Positions 54,252-63,888 of a stretch of DNA of 64,000 nucleotides are shown one piece after another (within the stretch, counting starts at the first letter, position 1; the number at the start of each line of letters is the position of its first letter). The stretch spans positions 3,442-67,441 of the forward strand of contig CAVOLG010000006.1 in the NCBI GenBank assembly GCA_963696735.1. Reading direction: 5' to 3'. The stretch comes from an uncultured Actinomycetes bacterium (GTDB taxonomy: Bacteria > Actinomycetota > Thermoleophilia > Gaiellales > JALYLC01). The translations under genes were made by a program, and so were the position numbers. The notes under the pieces are model-generated. The model did no database searches and was not told the origin of the DNA. It worked only from the letters and a program-made list of their open reading frames with translations.

Positions 54252-55398
54252 GTGGCCGACCGACGTGATCATGCCGGCGCTCGGCGTCGCCCAGGACACC
54301 GGGCGCGTCGTGCGCTGGCTCGCACGCGGAGGGCGACGCGGTCGCGCAAGGGCGAGCCGCTGATCGAGATCGAGACCGACAAGGTCACGGTCGAGCTCGA
54401 GGCGCCCGGCCGGACGGCACGCTCGTCGGCGTCACCGCGCACGCGGGCGACGACGTTCCGGTCGGGACGCGTGATCGCGCTGATCCTCGCCGCCGGGGGA
54501 GGCCGCGCCGCGCGCCGGCCGAGCCGCGGCCCCGGCCCGCCGCGCGGCCCGCGGCATCGCCGCTCGCGCGGCGCATGGCGCGCGAGTCGGGCGTCGATCT
54601 CGCCGCGCTCGCGCCGCGCCTCGGCCGTCCGGTGCAGGCGAGCGACGTGCCGCCGTCGCGCAGCGGCGCCGGCCGCAGCGCCGCCGAGCGCCCGCGCCCG
54701 CCGTCGCGGAGCCGCGAGCGCGGCCGTCAGCAGCGCGTGGCGCACGATGGCCGAGCGGACGCTCGCGAGCTGGACGACGGCGCCGCACTTCTCGCTCCAG
54801 CGCGACGGTCGACGCGAGCCGGCTGCTCGGCTGGCAGCGCGCGCGCGCGCGAGCGCACGGGCGTGCACATCACGGTCACCGACCTGCTCGTGCGCTCGGT
54901 GCGCGGACGCGCTGCGCGCGCACCCGGTCGCTCGAACCGCTCGTGGTCGCGACGACGGGCTCGTCGCGCAGCGCCGACGATCGGCATCGGGCTCGCCGTC
55001 GCGCTCGACGACGGGCTGGTCGTGCCGGTGATCCACGACGCCGACTCGCTCGACCTCGCCGAGCATCGCCGCGCGCCGCGAGGAGCTCGTCGGCGCGTGC
55101 GCGCGAGGGGCGCCTCGACGCCCGGCGACGTGCAGGGCGGGACGTTCACGATCAGCAACCTCGGCATGTACGGCGTCGACGCGTTCACGGCGATCATCAA
55201 CCCGCCGCAGGCGGCGATCCTCGCCGTCGGGCGCATCGCCGATCGGGTCGTGCCGCTCGGCGGCGTGCCGGCCGTGCAGCCGACGCTGACGCTGACGCTG
55301 TCGTGCGATCACCGCGTCGTCGACGGCGCGCGCGGCGGCGGCGTTCCTGCACCACGCTCGTCGAGCTGATCGAGGAGCCGGCGGCGCTCGCCCGCTGA
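54252..55398 (+). CDS. Dihydrolipoamide acyltransferase E2 (heavily frameshifted)
   Basis: Lipoyl motif IETDKV, TFTISNLG, IINPPQ, DHRVVDG. Confidence 0.88.
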
Positions 55399-55445
55399 GG
55401 GGGCGCGAACCCGGTCGCGCCGGAGGAAGCTGGTACGGTGCGACC

Positions 55446-55643
55446 GTGGCTGCCCAGTTCTCCGCCGGTGATCGTGTGGCGGCCACTCGCGTCCCGTTCA
55501 AGGGCCAGCACGGCCGGGTTCTCGGCGTGGACGGCAAGCGTAAGCGTCTGATGGTCGAGGTCCTCCTCGACGGGACGCAGCGCGCGGTGGAGATCAACGC
55601 CCGCGAGCTGCGCCGCATCACGGACGACGCGCCGGCCGGCTGA
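55446..55643 (+). CDS. Stand-alone KOW protein resembling the NusG C-terminal domain
   Basis: FSAGDRV....PFKGQHGRVLGVD..RKRLMVEV..G....VEI. Confidence 0.7.
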   Translation: MAAQFSAGDRVAATRVPFKGQHGRVLGVDGKRKRLMVEVLLDGTQRAVEINARELRRITDDAPAG

Positions 55644-55664
55644 CCACACCCCCGGCTGCTACGG

Positions 55665-55789
55665 TTCATGTGCGGGTGATCGCCGCCCGCTGAGGCTTCA
55701 GCTCGTTCGGCTCGCAACGCGGGTTTCGGGTGTGCGTGACACCTCACACCCAGAACGAGGCAGGTCATGTGGCCTGCAAAGGAGTCTCC
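55665..55789 (+). promoter_or_regulatory. Structured 5' UTR of the DEAD-box helicase gene
   Basis: TG-n-TACGGT extended -10 just upstream; stems GCGGG/CCCGC, CTCGTTC/GAACGAG, GGGTGTG/CACACCC, GCAGG/CCTGC before RBS AAGGAG. Confidence 0.5.
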
Positions 55790-57014
55790 ATGGAAGGATC
55801 GTTCCGCGACGCGGGGGTTTCGCCCCGCGTGGAGGAGGCGCTGCGGGCCACCGGGGTACGCGCGCCCTTTCGCATTCAGTCGCTCGTCCTCGCCGACGCC
55901 ATCGCCGGCCGCGACGTGCTGGCCAAGTCGCCCACCGGCTCGGGTAAGACGCTCGCCTTCGCCATCCCGATGGTGGAGCGGCTCGACCCGCGGGGCTCGA
56001 CGCCGGCCGCGCTCGTGCTCGTCCCGACGCGCGAGCTCGCGCAGCAGGTGACGGACGTGCTCGACGCCCCTGGCCCGGGTCCGCGGCCTGCGCGTCGCCG
56101 AGGTCTACGGCGGAGTCGGCATCGACCCCCAGGCCAAGCGCGCGCGCTCGGCGCACGCGGTCGTCGCCACGCCGGGCCGGCTCGAGGACCTGCTCGCCCG
56201 CCGGCTCATCCGTCTCGACGGCGTGCGCATCCTCGTCCTCGACGAGGCCGACCGGATGCTCGACCTCGGCTTCAAGCCGGCGGTCGACCGCATCCTGGCC
56301 CGCATTCCCCGCGATCGCCAGACGATGTACTTCTCGGCCACGCTCGACGGTGTGGTCGCCCGCCACGCCGAGTCGGCGACGCGCGACCCGCTGCGCGTCG
56401 AGGCCGAGGTGCCCGTCGAGCGGATCGGCGACGTGGCCCACCGCTTCGTCGCCGTCGATCGCGCCGACAAGCTCGAGCGCCTCGTCGAGCTCCTGAACGT
56501 GGAGCGCGATCTCGCCCTCGTCTTCGTGCGCACCAAGCGCGGCGCCGCTCGCCTCGCCCGGCGTCTCGACCAGCACGGCGTGCGCGCCGCCGCCCTCCAC
56601 GGCGACATGACCCAGGGCCAGCGCGCTCGCTCGCTCGAGCACTTCGAGCGCGGCCGCGCCGACACGCTGGTGGCCACCGACGTCGCCGCCCGTGGCCTGG
56701 ACGTCGACGACATCACGCACGTGATCAACTTCGACCTCCCGGAGGACGCCGTCAGCTACACGCACCGCCTCGGACGCACGGGGCGCGCGGGGCGCTCGGG
56801 GACCGGCATCACGCTGGTGGAGTCCGACCAGCACGACGACGCTGCGCGCATCGCGACGCGCGTCGACCGTCACCAGGAGCTCGAGACCGCCGGCATCCGG
56901 GGCGGGAACGGCGCTGTCGGGACCTCTACCCGGCGCGGACGCCGGGGCGGGAGCGGACGGCGCCAGACCCCGACCCGCCGCGGTCGGCCGGGGCAGGCGA
57001 GCCGCCCCCGCTGA
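55790..57014 (+). CDS. DEAD-box RNA helicase (one frameshift)
   Basis: PTGSGKT, PTRELA, TPGR, DEAD, SAT, ARGLD, HRLGRTGR; basic tail. Confidence 0.95.
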
Positions 57015-57081
57015 CTCGCTCCTGGCCGGGGCTATGCTGCCTCGGCGCTCACGAACGGCGGCCCGACGGCTGCCGGGGCGG

Positions 57082-57453
57082 GTGGCCGACATCGACGACC
57101 AGAGACGCCGCGTCTCCGACGCCAGACGGAACCTCGATCGCGCGCACGACGCGCACGATGAGGCGCGCCGCGAGTCGGCTGGAGCTCAGGAGCGGTTGGG
57201 AGAGGCGGAGGACGAGCTCACGGCGGCCGCGTCGGGTCGCGACTGGCTCGAGGAGGGCGAGACCCCTGCTCCCGCCGCGCTCGACGAGGCCGAGGCGCGG
57301 GTCGGGCGGGCCGAGGACGAGTGGGCCGAGCGGGAGGCCGAGGCGAAGTCCGCCTCCGGCCGGCGAGACGAGGCCGCGGGCGCCGAAGACGACGCCCGCG
57401 CGAGCCTCGACGAGTGCAACCGAGATGCCCCCTATGATCGAAAGTCTAAATAG
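57082..57453 (+). CDS. Acidic coiled-coil hypothetical protein
   Basis: GC3-rich ORF with an Ala/Glu/Asp/Arg heptad-like pattern; start uncertain. Confidence 0.5.
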   Translation: MADIDDQRRRVSDARRNLDRAHDAHDEARRESAGAQERLGEAEDELTAAASGRDWLEEGETPAPAALDEAEARVGRAEDEWAEREAEAKSASGRRDEAAGAEDDARASLDECNRDAPYDRKSK

Positions 57454-57463
57454 GAGGCCCACC

Positions 57464-57538
57464 GTGGCTGCACGACTCGAGCAGTTGAAGGCGTGGTGGC
57501 GGGACCGCATGGCCCGCCGCAGCTCGTCCAAGGTCTGA
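57464..57538 (+). CDS. 24-aa microprotein
   Basis: TATGAT -10 (57433), AGGAGG RBS, MAARLEQLKAWWRDRMARRSSSKV. Confidence 0.5.
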   Translation: MAARLEQLKAWWRDRMARRSSSKV

Positions 57539-57586
57539 GCTCGTCGCGCCCGCGTCTCCGGGTCACGTGATGCGCTCGGAGGCGCG

Positions 57587-57817
57587 TCAGCGCGCAGGCG
57601 GCGGAGGAGCGGTGGGCCCACCCTCCATCTGATCGCGCCGGGGGCGATCGTTCCACGCGCGGAGAAGCTCGTTCTCGGTGACCAGCCGCAGTTCGACACG
57701 GCGCAGCAGGGCCGACGACGCGCCGTGGGCATCGCTGTGGGCGATCTCCTCTTCGAGCTTGTCGATCCGCAGCTCGTTCCGGGCGATGCGCGTGCTGAAG
57801 TCCGCTGGCCGGTCCAT
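57587..57817 (-). CDS. Small hypothetical protein
   Basis: MDRPADFSTRIARNELRIDKLEEE..; GC3-rich; starts 4 nt after the upstream ORF stop. Confidence 0.45.
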   Translation of the reverse strand: MDRPADFSTRIARNELRIDKLEEEIAHSDAHGASSALLRRVELRLVTENELLRAWNDRPRRDQMEGGPTAPPPPAR

Positions 57818-57821
57818 CCCG

Positions 57822-58007
57822 CTAGGCCGCGAGCAATGTCGCGCCGGCTGCGTCCTCGCGGCCGTTCTCGACCACGGAGACGTCGTCCTCGTTGCCGAGC
57901 GTGTCCGAGTGGTCGATGGTGAGATCGTTGCCACTCACGGCTGGGCCGACGACCTCGGGTCGGCTTGCGTCATCGATCGGTACGACAACGCCGGTGGTCC
58001 TGTGCAT
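57822..58007 (-). CDS. Small acidic hypothetical protein
   Basis: RBS AAGGGA; mostly GC3-rich codons. Confidence 0.35.
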   Translation of the reverse strand: MHRTTGVVVPIDDASRPEVVGPAVSGNDLTIDHSDTLGNEDDVSVVENGREDAAGATLLAA

Positions 58008-58241
58008 CCGGGTCCCTTCGTGGGGAACGACGCAGACGGGGCGCGGACGCGTCCAACCGGCACTCGCTCGTATCGATCCATCCTAGCGCACGACTTTTCG
58101 GGACCTCTGGCGGCCGCGCGTTCCGAGACTGTTCAGATTGGGGCCGCAGGGCGTCGGTAGCGTCGTCGGCGACATCGCCCCCGCGGGGCCGTGACGGGAG
58201 GAGCTTCGCGGAGGTGGCCACCAATCCCTGAGGAGGGACTG

Positions 58242-59456
58242 ATGACGCACGCCATGACGCCCGTGCTCGACCGCCCGCACGCCCGGAGACCGCCGGCAGC
58301 GAACGGCAGGTTCCTTCGACGCGCCGTCTTCGCCGCTCTTGCAGGCGCCGCGTGCCTGCTGGCGGTAGGAGGCACGGCAGCCGCGTCCGCAGAGAACACC
58401 TCGCGGGTCGTCGGGCACCTGTACGTGAACGAGAACACCACCGGCACGAACACGGTCGCCGGATTCGACCGCCACGCCGACGGGAGCCTGTCGCCGATCC
58501 CGGGCTCGCCCTTCGCGGCCGGTGGGGCCGGGACCGGCAGCGGCATCGCCTCGCAAGGCGCGCTGCAGCAGAGCAGCGACGGGCGGTTCCTACTGGCCGT
58601 CGACGCGGGCAGCAACGAGGTCTCGGTGCTCAAGATCAAGCACGACGGGAGCCTTCGCGCGGTTCATGGCGGGACGGTCTCCTCGAACGGCATCGACCCG
58701 GTGAGCATCGCCGTCCACGGCGACCTGGTCTACGTCGCGAATGCCGGACTGGGTGGCAGTGACTACACCGGCTTCCGCTTCTCGGGTGGGCACCTGCGCG
58801 CCCTCGCCGGCTCGACGGTGTCGTTGCTTGACGGCTCCCAGCCGGGCGACGTGCTCTTCAACGGCACCGGCACGAAGCTCGTCGGCACGCGGATCGGAAC
58901 GTCGCTCATCGACAGCTTCACCGTGGGTCACGACGGACGCCTCAGCGCCGCTCCGGGCTCGCCGTTCGCCGCTCAGGGCCTGGGTCCGTTCGGGAGCGAG
59001 TTCCGGCCCACCGACCCGACGCAGCTGTTCGTGTCCAACGCGCACGGCGGCAAGAACAACGGGAGCGTCTCGGCCTTCGCCGACGCGGCCGACGGCACCC
59101 TCACTTCGATCGGGACCTCGCCGTTCCCCGACAACCAGACCGCCCCGTGCTGGGTCGAGATCAGCCACGACGGCCAGTTCCTGTTCACCGTCAACACGGC
59201 CGTCCAGACGATCTCGCGGTACTCGATCGCCGGCGACGGCTCGCTGGTGCTCCTGGGGAGCACGCCCCTTGCCGCACCGGCGGCAACGCCCGAGGACGCG
59301 CGGCTGTCGCCCGACGGGTCGACGCTGTGGGTGGTCGACCCGAAGGCGAACACGGTCAGCGGGTTCTCCGTGAACGGCGGCAGCCTGTCCGAGCTGGCGT
59401 CGTCGCCGACGTCGACGTCGGCGGGAGCCGCCCCTACGGGGATCGTCGTCACGTGA
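58242..59456 (+). CDS. Secreted lactonase-like beta-propeller protein
   Basis: RBS GAGGAGG; RR-containing signal peptide; repeated GSPF/DG.L blades; TAPCWV. Confidence 0.88.
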   Translation: MTHAMTPVLDRPHARRPPAANGRFLRRAVFAALAGAACLLAVGGTAAASAENTSRVVGHLYVNENTTGTNTVAGFDRHADGSLSPIPGSPFAAGGAGTGSGIASQGALQQSSDGRFLLAVDAGSNEVSVLKIKHDGSLRAVHGGTVSSNGIDPVSIAVHGDLVYVANAGLGGSDYTGFRFSGGHLRALAGSTVSLLDGSQPGDVLFNGTGTKLVGTRIGTSLIDSFTVGHDGRLSAAPGSPFAAQGLGPFGSEFRPTDPTQLFVSNAHGGKNNGSVSAFADAADGTLTSIGTSPFPDNQTAPCWVEISHDGQFLFTVNTAVQTISRYSIAGDGSLVLLGSTPLAAPAATPEDARLSPDGSTLWVVDPKANTVSGFSVNGGSLSELASSPTSTSAGAAPTGIVVT

Positions 59457-59479
59457 GGCTCGCGTAACGACCCCTCCCA

Positions 59480-59516
59480 CCGGGGAGGCGGGGCGGCGGT
59501 GCCGCCCGCCTCCCCG
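59480..59516. terminator. GC stem-loop between convergent genes
   Basis: CCGGGGAGGCGGGGCGGC-GGT-GCCGCCCGCCTCCCCGG. Confidence 0.7.
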
Positions 59517-59542
59517 GCCGCGCCAAAGCCGTTCAGCGACGA

Positions 59543-60187
59543 TCACGTTCCGCGCTGGAGCACAACGCTTTCCCAGAGCGCGCCACGCTGGTGGTGGGCC
59601 GAGTGGAAACCGCAGGAGTCGGCGAGCCTGATCATCTGTGCGGGCGGGTGGACGTAGCCGCGGAAGGCGATTCGGCGCAATCGCAAGCAGGTGTTCATGC
59701 CCCGGAAGCCGAGCTTCACCCACCACGTTTCGCGGGGGATGGTGATGGCGATGCGGTCACCGGCGCGGGCGCAGGCCGCCGTGATCAGGGCCTGAGGGTC
59801 CGGGTAGCAGCAAATGACGCGGTGCATGATCACGATGTCCGCCGCGGGCACAGCCTCCGGGCACTGCGCGAAGTCGGCGACGCGGCGCTCGACGCGCCCC
59901 GCCATGCCGCCCTCGGTGATCAGCGCGCGGGCGGTGGCCTCGTAGCTGTCGACAATCTCGACGTTGGCGGTGCTGGCCGCGCCGGCCTTGAGCAGTTCGA
60001 GCTGCAGGCCGCCGATGCCACCACCGACCTCGAGGACCGAGACCCCGTCGACCCCATCATCAATGAGCGTATGGAGGAGCCAGCGGGCGGAGCCGGTCAG
60101 GCCTTTGCGCCGGTAGCGGCGGGCGTCTCGTTCCACGGTCTTGGCGCCGAAGATGGCGCCGTAGCCGGTTGGTGTGCAGCAGCTCAT
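59543..60187 (-). CDS. Class I SAM methyltransferase (BchM-like) with N-terminal CC
   Basis: MSCC, VLEVGGGIG, HRVICCYPD; ATGA overlap with the MFS gene. Confidence 0.85.
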   Translation of the reverse strand: MSCCTPTGYGAIFGAKTVERDARRYRRKGLTGSARWLLHTLIDDGVDGVSVLEVGGGIGGLQLELLKAGAASTANVEIVDSYEATARALITEGGMAGRVERRVADFAQCPEAVPAADIVIMHRVICCYPDPQALITAACARAGDRIAITIPRETWWVKLGFRGMNTCLRLRRIAFRGYVHPPAQMIRLADSCGFHSAHHQRGALWESVVLQRGT

Positions 60188-61440
60188 GCTCCGGGCGCGG
60201 TTCTGAGGGCCGGAACGACCGGGCGTTGCTGCCAGTTGCTGAGTGCGACGGCGAGGCCGCTGACGGCGGTGAGCGCGGCGACGATGGTGATCGCGGCGGC
60301 GGGGCTGGTGGCGTCGGCGCCGACGCCGGCGATCAGCGCGCCGAGCACGAAGCCGAAGTCGCGCCAGAAGCGGTAGACGCCGACGACGCGGGCGCGGTCG
60401 CGCGGCTGGGTGGCGTCGGAGACGGCGGCGATCAGGGTCGGGTAGACCATCGCGGTGCCGACGCCGAGCAGCACGGCCGCGACGAGGGAGGGCGTGAAGG
60501 CGCCGCCGCCGGCGACGAGCAGTCCGAGCGCGCCGGCCTGCACGAGCATGCCGATCGTGATCAGCGGTTTGCGGCCCGTGTGGTCGCTGAGCCAGCCGGT
60601 GAGGAGCTGGCCGGCTCCCCACACCACCGGGTAGGCGGCGGCGACGATCGCGATCTGGCGTACGCTCGCGCCGTGCGCTGCCAGGAAGAGCGGCGCCAGG
60701 CCCCAGGCGAGCGCGTCGTTGAGGTTGTTCACCAGCCCGGCCTGGCTGCACGCCCGCAGCACCGGGTCGCCAGGTGGCGTGCGCGAACGCGCGTTCGCAG
60801 CGTGTGTGAGGCGACGCTCGGTCGTGGTCGCGCTGCTCGAGGGCGACGTGGGCGCCGGTGTCGCGCACCCAGACGAGCGAGATGACGAGGCCGGCGGCGG
60901 CGATCAGGGCGGCGCCGACCCAGACGACGGTGCGCGGCGCGTAGCTGGCGGCGAGCGCGCCGGTGATGAAGGCGGTGGCGGCGACGCCGAGGTAGCCGGC
61001 CGCCTCGTTCAGGCCGAGCGCAAGGCCGCGCCGGGCCGGGCCGGCCAGGTCGATCTTCATCACCACGGTCATCGACCAGGCCAGGCCCTGGTTGACGCCG
61101 AGCAGGAGGTTGGCGGCGACGATGAAGCCCCAGCTAGGCGCCAGCCCGATCAGCAGCGGCACCGGCAGTGCGACCAGCCAGCCGATCACGAGCAGCCGTT
61201 TGCGGCCGACGCGCTCGGCCAGGTCGCCGGCGGCGAGGTTGGTGACCGCCTTGGCGGCGCCGAAGGCGAGCACGAAGGCGAGGATGGCCGTGTTCGAGCG
61301 CAGCCCGAAGTCGTGCTTGCCGACCAGCGGCAGCACGCTTCGCTCGAGGCCGACCATGCCGCCGACGAGCGCGTTCAGCGCGACCAGCAGCGAGAACTGG
61401 CCGGCGTTCGCGCGCAGGCCGAGCCGGACGGCGCGGTCAC
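60184..61440 (-). CDS. MFS transporter (frameshifted)
   Basis: VGLERSVLPL, MKIDLAGP.RRGLALGLNE, GVYRFWRD. Confidence 0.9.
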
Positions 61441-62193
61441 GCGGCCGCGATTGACCTGCCGCGACGGTTGGCGGCGACGATCCGCTCCTGCTCGGGCGGC
61501 GGCGCGGCAGTGTCCTTGACCAGTGCCTCGGCGAAGGCGTCGGCGTCGGCGAAGGCGAGCATCTCGTTGTGCGCGCGCTCGAAGCCGATCGAGGAGATCG
61601 GGTTGCCGGACAGGCCCCGCCCGCAGACCGAGCCGGCGTAGTGGCTGGGAAAGACGACGACGTGGTCGGGCAGCTCGAGCAGCCGCCGAAGCGACGCGTG
61701 CAGGATTCGCGCCTGCCCGCGGGCGTCGCCGGCGACGTGCAGGTCGGGCCGGCCGACGTCGCCGATCAGCAGCGAGTCGCCGCTGAACACGAGCCACGGC
61801 TCGTCGGTCCCGCGGCGCAGATCGGCCACGGCGTAGGCGTGGTGGGCGGGCGCGTGGCCGGGCGTCGCGATCGCCGTCACGCGCGTGTTGCCGAGCTCGA
61901 CCACGGTCGCCGTCGTCGAGCGGCGTGTGCTCGAACTCGACGCCGGCGCCGGCCGGAAGGTACGCGGTCGCGCCGGTGCGCTCGACCAGCTCGGGCAGGC
62001 CGGAGACGTGGTCGGCCTGCACGTGTGTCTCGAACACGGCCACGATCGGCTGGCCGACCGCCTCGGCGGCGGCCAGGTAGCGATCGACCAGGTCGACGTG
62101 CGGATCGACGACCGCCAGCGTCCCATGTGTCGTGCACCCGAAGAGGTAGCTCGCACACGACGTGGCGTCGTTCAGGAACGGACGCAGCAGCAT
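61437..62193 (-). CDS. MBL-fold persulfide-dioxygenase-like protein (frameshifted)
   Basis: ETHVQADHVSG, TPGH, GDSLLIGDVGRPDL, HYAGSVCG. Confidence 0.88.
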
Positions 62194-62870
62194 CAGGCAG
62201 CCCCTTTGACGGGCATCTCGACGGGAAGTCCGGCGCGACGCCATTCCGGGAAGCCGACGTCGAGCCGGCGGGCGCGAACACCGCGTGCCCGCAGCAGCCG
62301 CACGGCGTCGTCGGCGTACACGCAGTACGGACCGCGGCAGTACGCGACGACCTCACCTCGCCGCGGCAACTTGGGCGGTCGTGCCACGAGCGTCTCGGCC
62401 GGCGCGGAGACTGCGCCGGCGATGTGCCCCGCCTCGTACTCGGCCCGCGGCCGCACGTCGAGCACGACCACCTCACCGCGCGCGAGCCGCTCCGCCAGCT
62501 CCTCTGCCGACACCTGCTCGATGCCCTGACGATCGCCCAGGTACTCGCCGGCAAGCACGCCCACCTCGGCCACATGCTGGGCCGCGACGTCGCGCACCGC
62601 CGCCCACAGATCCGCCACCCGGTCGCTCGCCAAGCGGTAGACGACTCGCGCCCCGTCGCGGCGCGAGCGGACGAGGCCCGACCTGGCCAGCAGCCGCAGG
62701 TGGTGCGACGTGTTGGCAAGGCTCTGCCCGATCTCGGTGGCGACCTCGTCCACCGAGCGCTCGCCCTGCGCCAACACATCCACGATCTCTGCCCGCCGGC
62801 CACTGCCCAGCGCCTGCGCCACCGACGCAAAGGCATCGAACAGGGCGTCCTTCGCCACTCGCTCACTCAT
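62193..62870 (-). CDS. ArsR/SmtB regulator fused to a rhodanese domain
   Basis: ALGSGRRAEI..GERSV..NTSHHL; LDVRP..EY..GHIAGA; YCRGPYC. Confidence 0.95.
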   Translation of the reverse strand: MSERVAKDALFDAFASVAQALGSGRRAEIVDVLAQGERSVDEVATEIGQSLANTSHHLRLLARSGLVRSRRDGARVVYRLASDRVADLWAAVRDVAAQHVAEVGVLAGEYLGDRQGIEQVSAEELAERLARGEVVVLDVRPRAEYEAGHIAGAVSAPAETLVARPPKLPRRGEVVAYCRGPYCVYADDAVRLLRARGVRARRLDVGFPEWRRAGLPVEMPVKGAA

Positions 62871-62874
62871 ACGA

Positions 62875-62890
62875 TCAAACTATCATTTGA
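62875..62890. promoter_or_regulatory. Putative ArsR operator
   Basis: AT-rich TCAAA-CTATCA-TTTGA, 4 nt upstream of the ArsR ATG. Confidence 0.65.
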
Positions 62891-62941
62891 GCTTCGGCTC
62901 GCCTAGCCCCGCTCGCCACTCGGGATCTGAGGCCCGCGCCG

Positions 62942-63115
62942 TGGCCCGATATTCGAGAGTGGCTCGCGGACGTGCCGACGACTGAGATAGCCGCGGCCGC
63001 CGGAGTGTCCGAGCGCCAGGCCCGCGACTACAAGACCGGGCGCTCTAAGCCGACCGGCGAGCGGTACCGCCGCCTGCTCCGGTTCTACCGCGAGCAGGCC
63101 ACAGACGCGGCCTGA
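62942..63115 (+). pseudogene. XRE-type HTH fragment or micro-HTH
   Basis: WPDIREWLADVPTTEIAAAAGVSERQARDYKTGRSKP; no clear RBS; only start is GTG at 62972. Confidence 0.5.
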
Positions 63116-63216
63116 ACGTGCTGGAGTTGTCGCAACACGGCTACGTAGCGGCGCTGTGCCAACGGCGGCGACCTGACGGGCGGGGACGGGACGAAGGTTC
63201 GTCGGGAGAGCGTGCG

Positions 63217-63888
63217 TTAGGCCAAGAGCCCGATCGCGCCGCGGACGACCAGGGCGACGCCAATGACGGCGGCTCCGATTGCGCCGGCCCGGCGGCCGTG
63301 GCGATTGAGCCAGTCCTTGAGCCGCTCGACGGCGGCAGGCGTCCATTCCGGCGCAAGCGCATAGCCGATGAGGGGCAGTTCGAGCAGCATGAGCATGATG
63401 ACGTTGACGGCGAGCACGGTCAGGAAGATCCCCGCCGAGCTGAGGTCCTGCTTGTGGATCTGGTCGAGCGCGGCCAGGTAGGACGCGCCGGGGAAGCTGA
63501 GGAGAACACCGACAACGAACGTGTCTCGTGCCTGGCCCTTACTCATCGTCCGCTGCCAACGCGGCGTCGTCTTCGGTTTGTCGGCGCTCCTGCGCGTACG
63601 CCGGTCAGCGAACGCTCCTTTCCCGACCACAAACGCGACCAAGAGCGCGAGCAGGCCGAGCGTGATGTCGACAATCGGGCTGAGCGTGTGCTGTGTCGTG
63701 CTGACCGTGCCCGACCCGTGCAGCCAATAGAGGATCGCGAGGCCGACGGTGATGCTCGTCGTGTAGGCGCCGAGCAGGTAGCCGAGCAGCAAGCGCTTCG
63801 GTCTCGGCAGGAGCAGCATCACCGTCGTCGCCGCGAGCAGCGTCGGATTGAGCGCCGCGGTCAGGGCGAAAAGAAAGACCTTGCTCAA
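63217..63888 (-). CDS. GAP (glycopeptidolipid-addressing / Sap) family membrane protein
   Basis: AALNPTLL, PGASYLAAL, ELPL..Y, LKDWLNRHG. Confidence 0.85.
   Translation of the reverse strand: MSKVFLFALTAALNPTLLAATTVMLLLPRPKRLLLGYLLGAYTTSITVGLAILYWLHGSGTVSTTQHTLSPIVDITLGLLALLVAFVVGKGAFADRRTRRSADKPKTTPRWQRTMSKGQARDTFVVGVLLSFPGASYLAALDQIHKQDLSSAGIFLTVLAVNVIMLMLLELPLIGYALAPEWTPAAVERLKDWLNRHGRRAGAIGAAVIGVALVVRGAIGLLA

Noticed and set aside
57678-58160. 160-aa plus-strand ORF
   Set aside because: Reads as the antisense shadow of the small minus-strand ORFs.
59543-61357. Apparent MFS-methyltransferase fusion (604 aa)
   Set aside because: Artefact of a frameshift in the MFS gene; the MFS stops at 60184 and overlaps the methyltransferase ATG.
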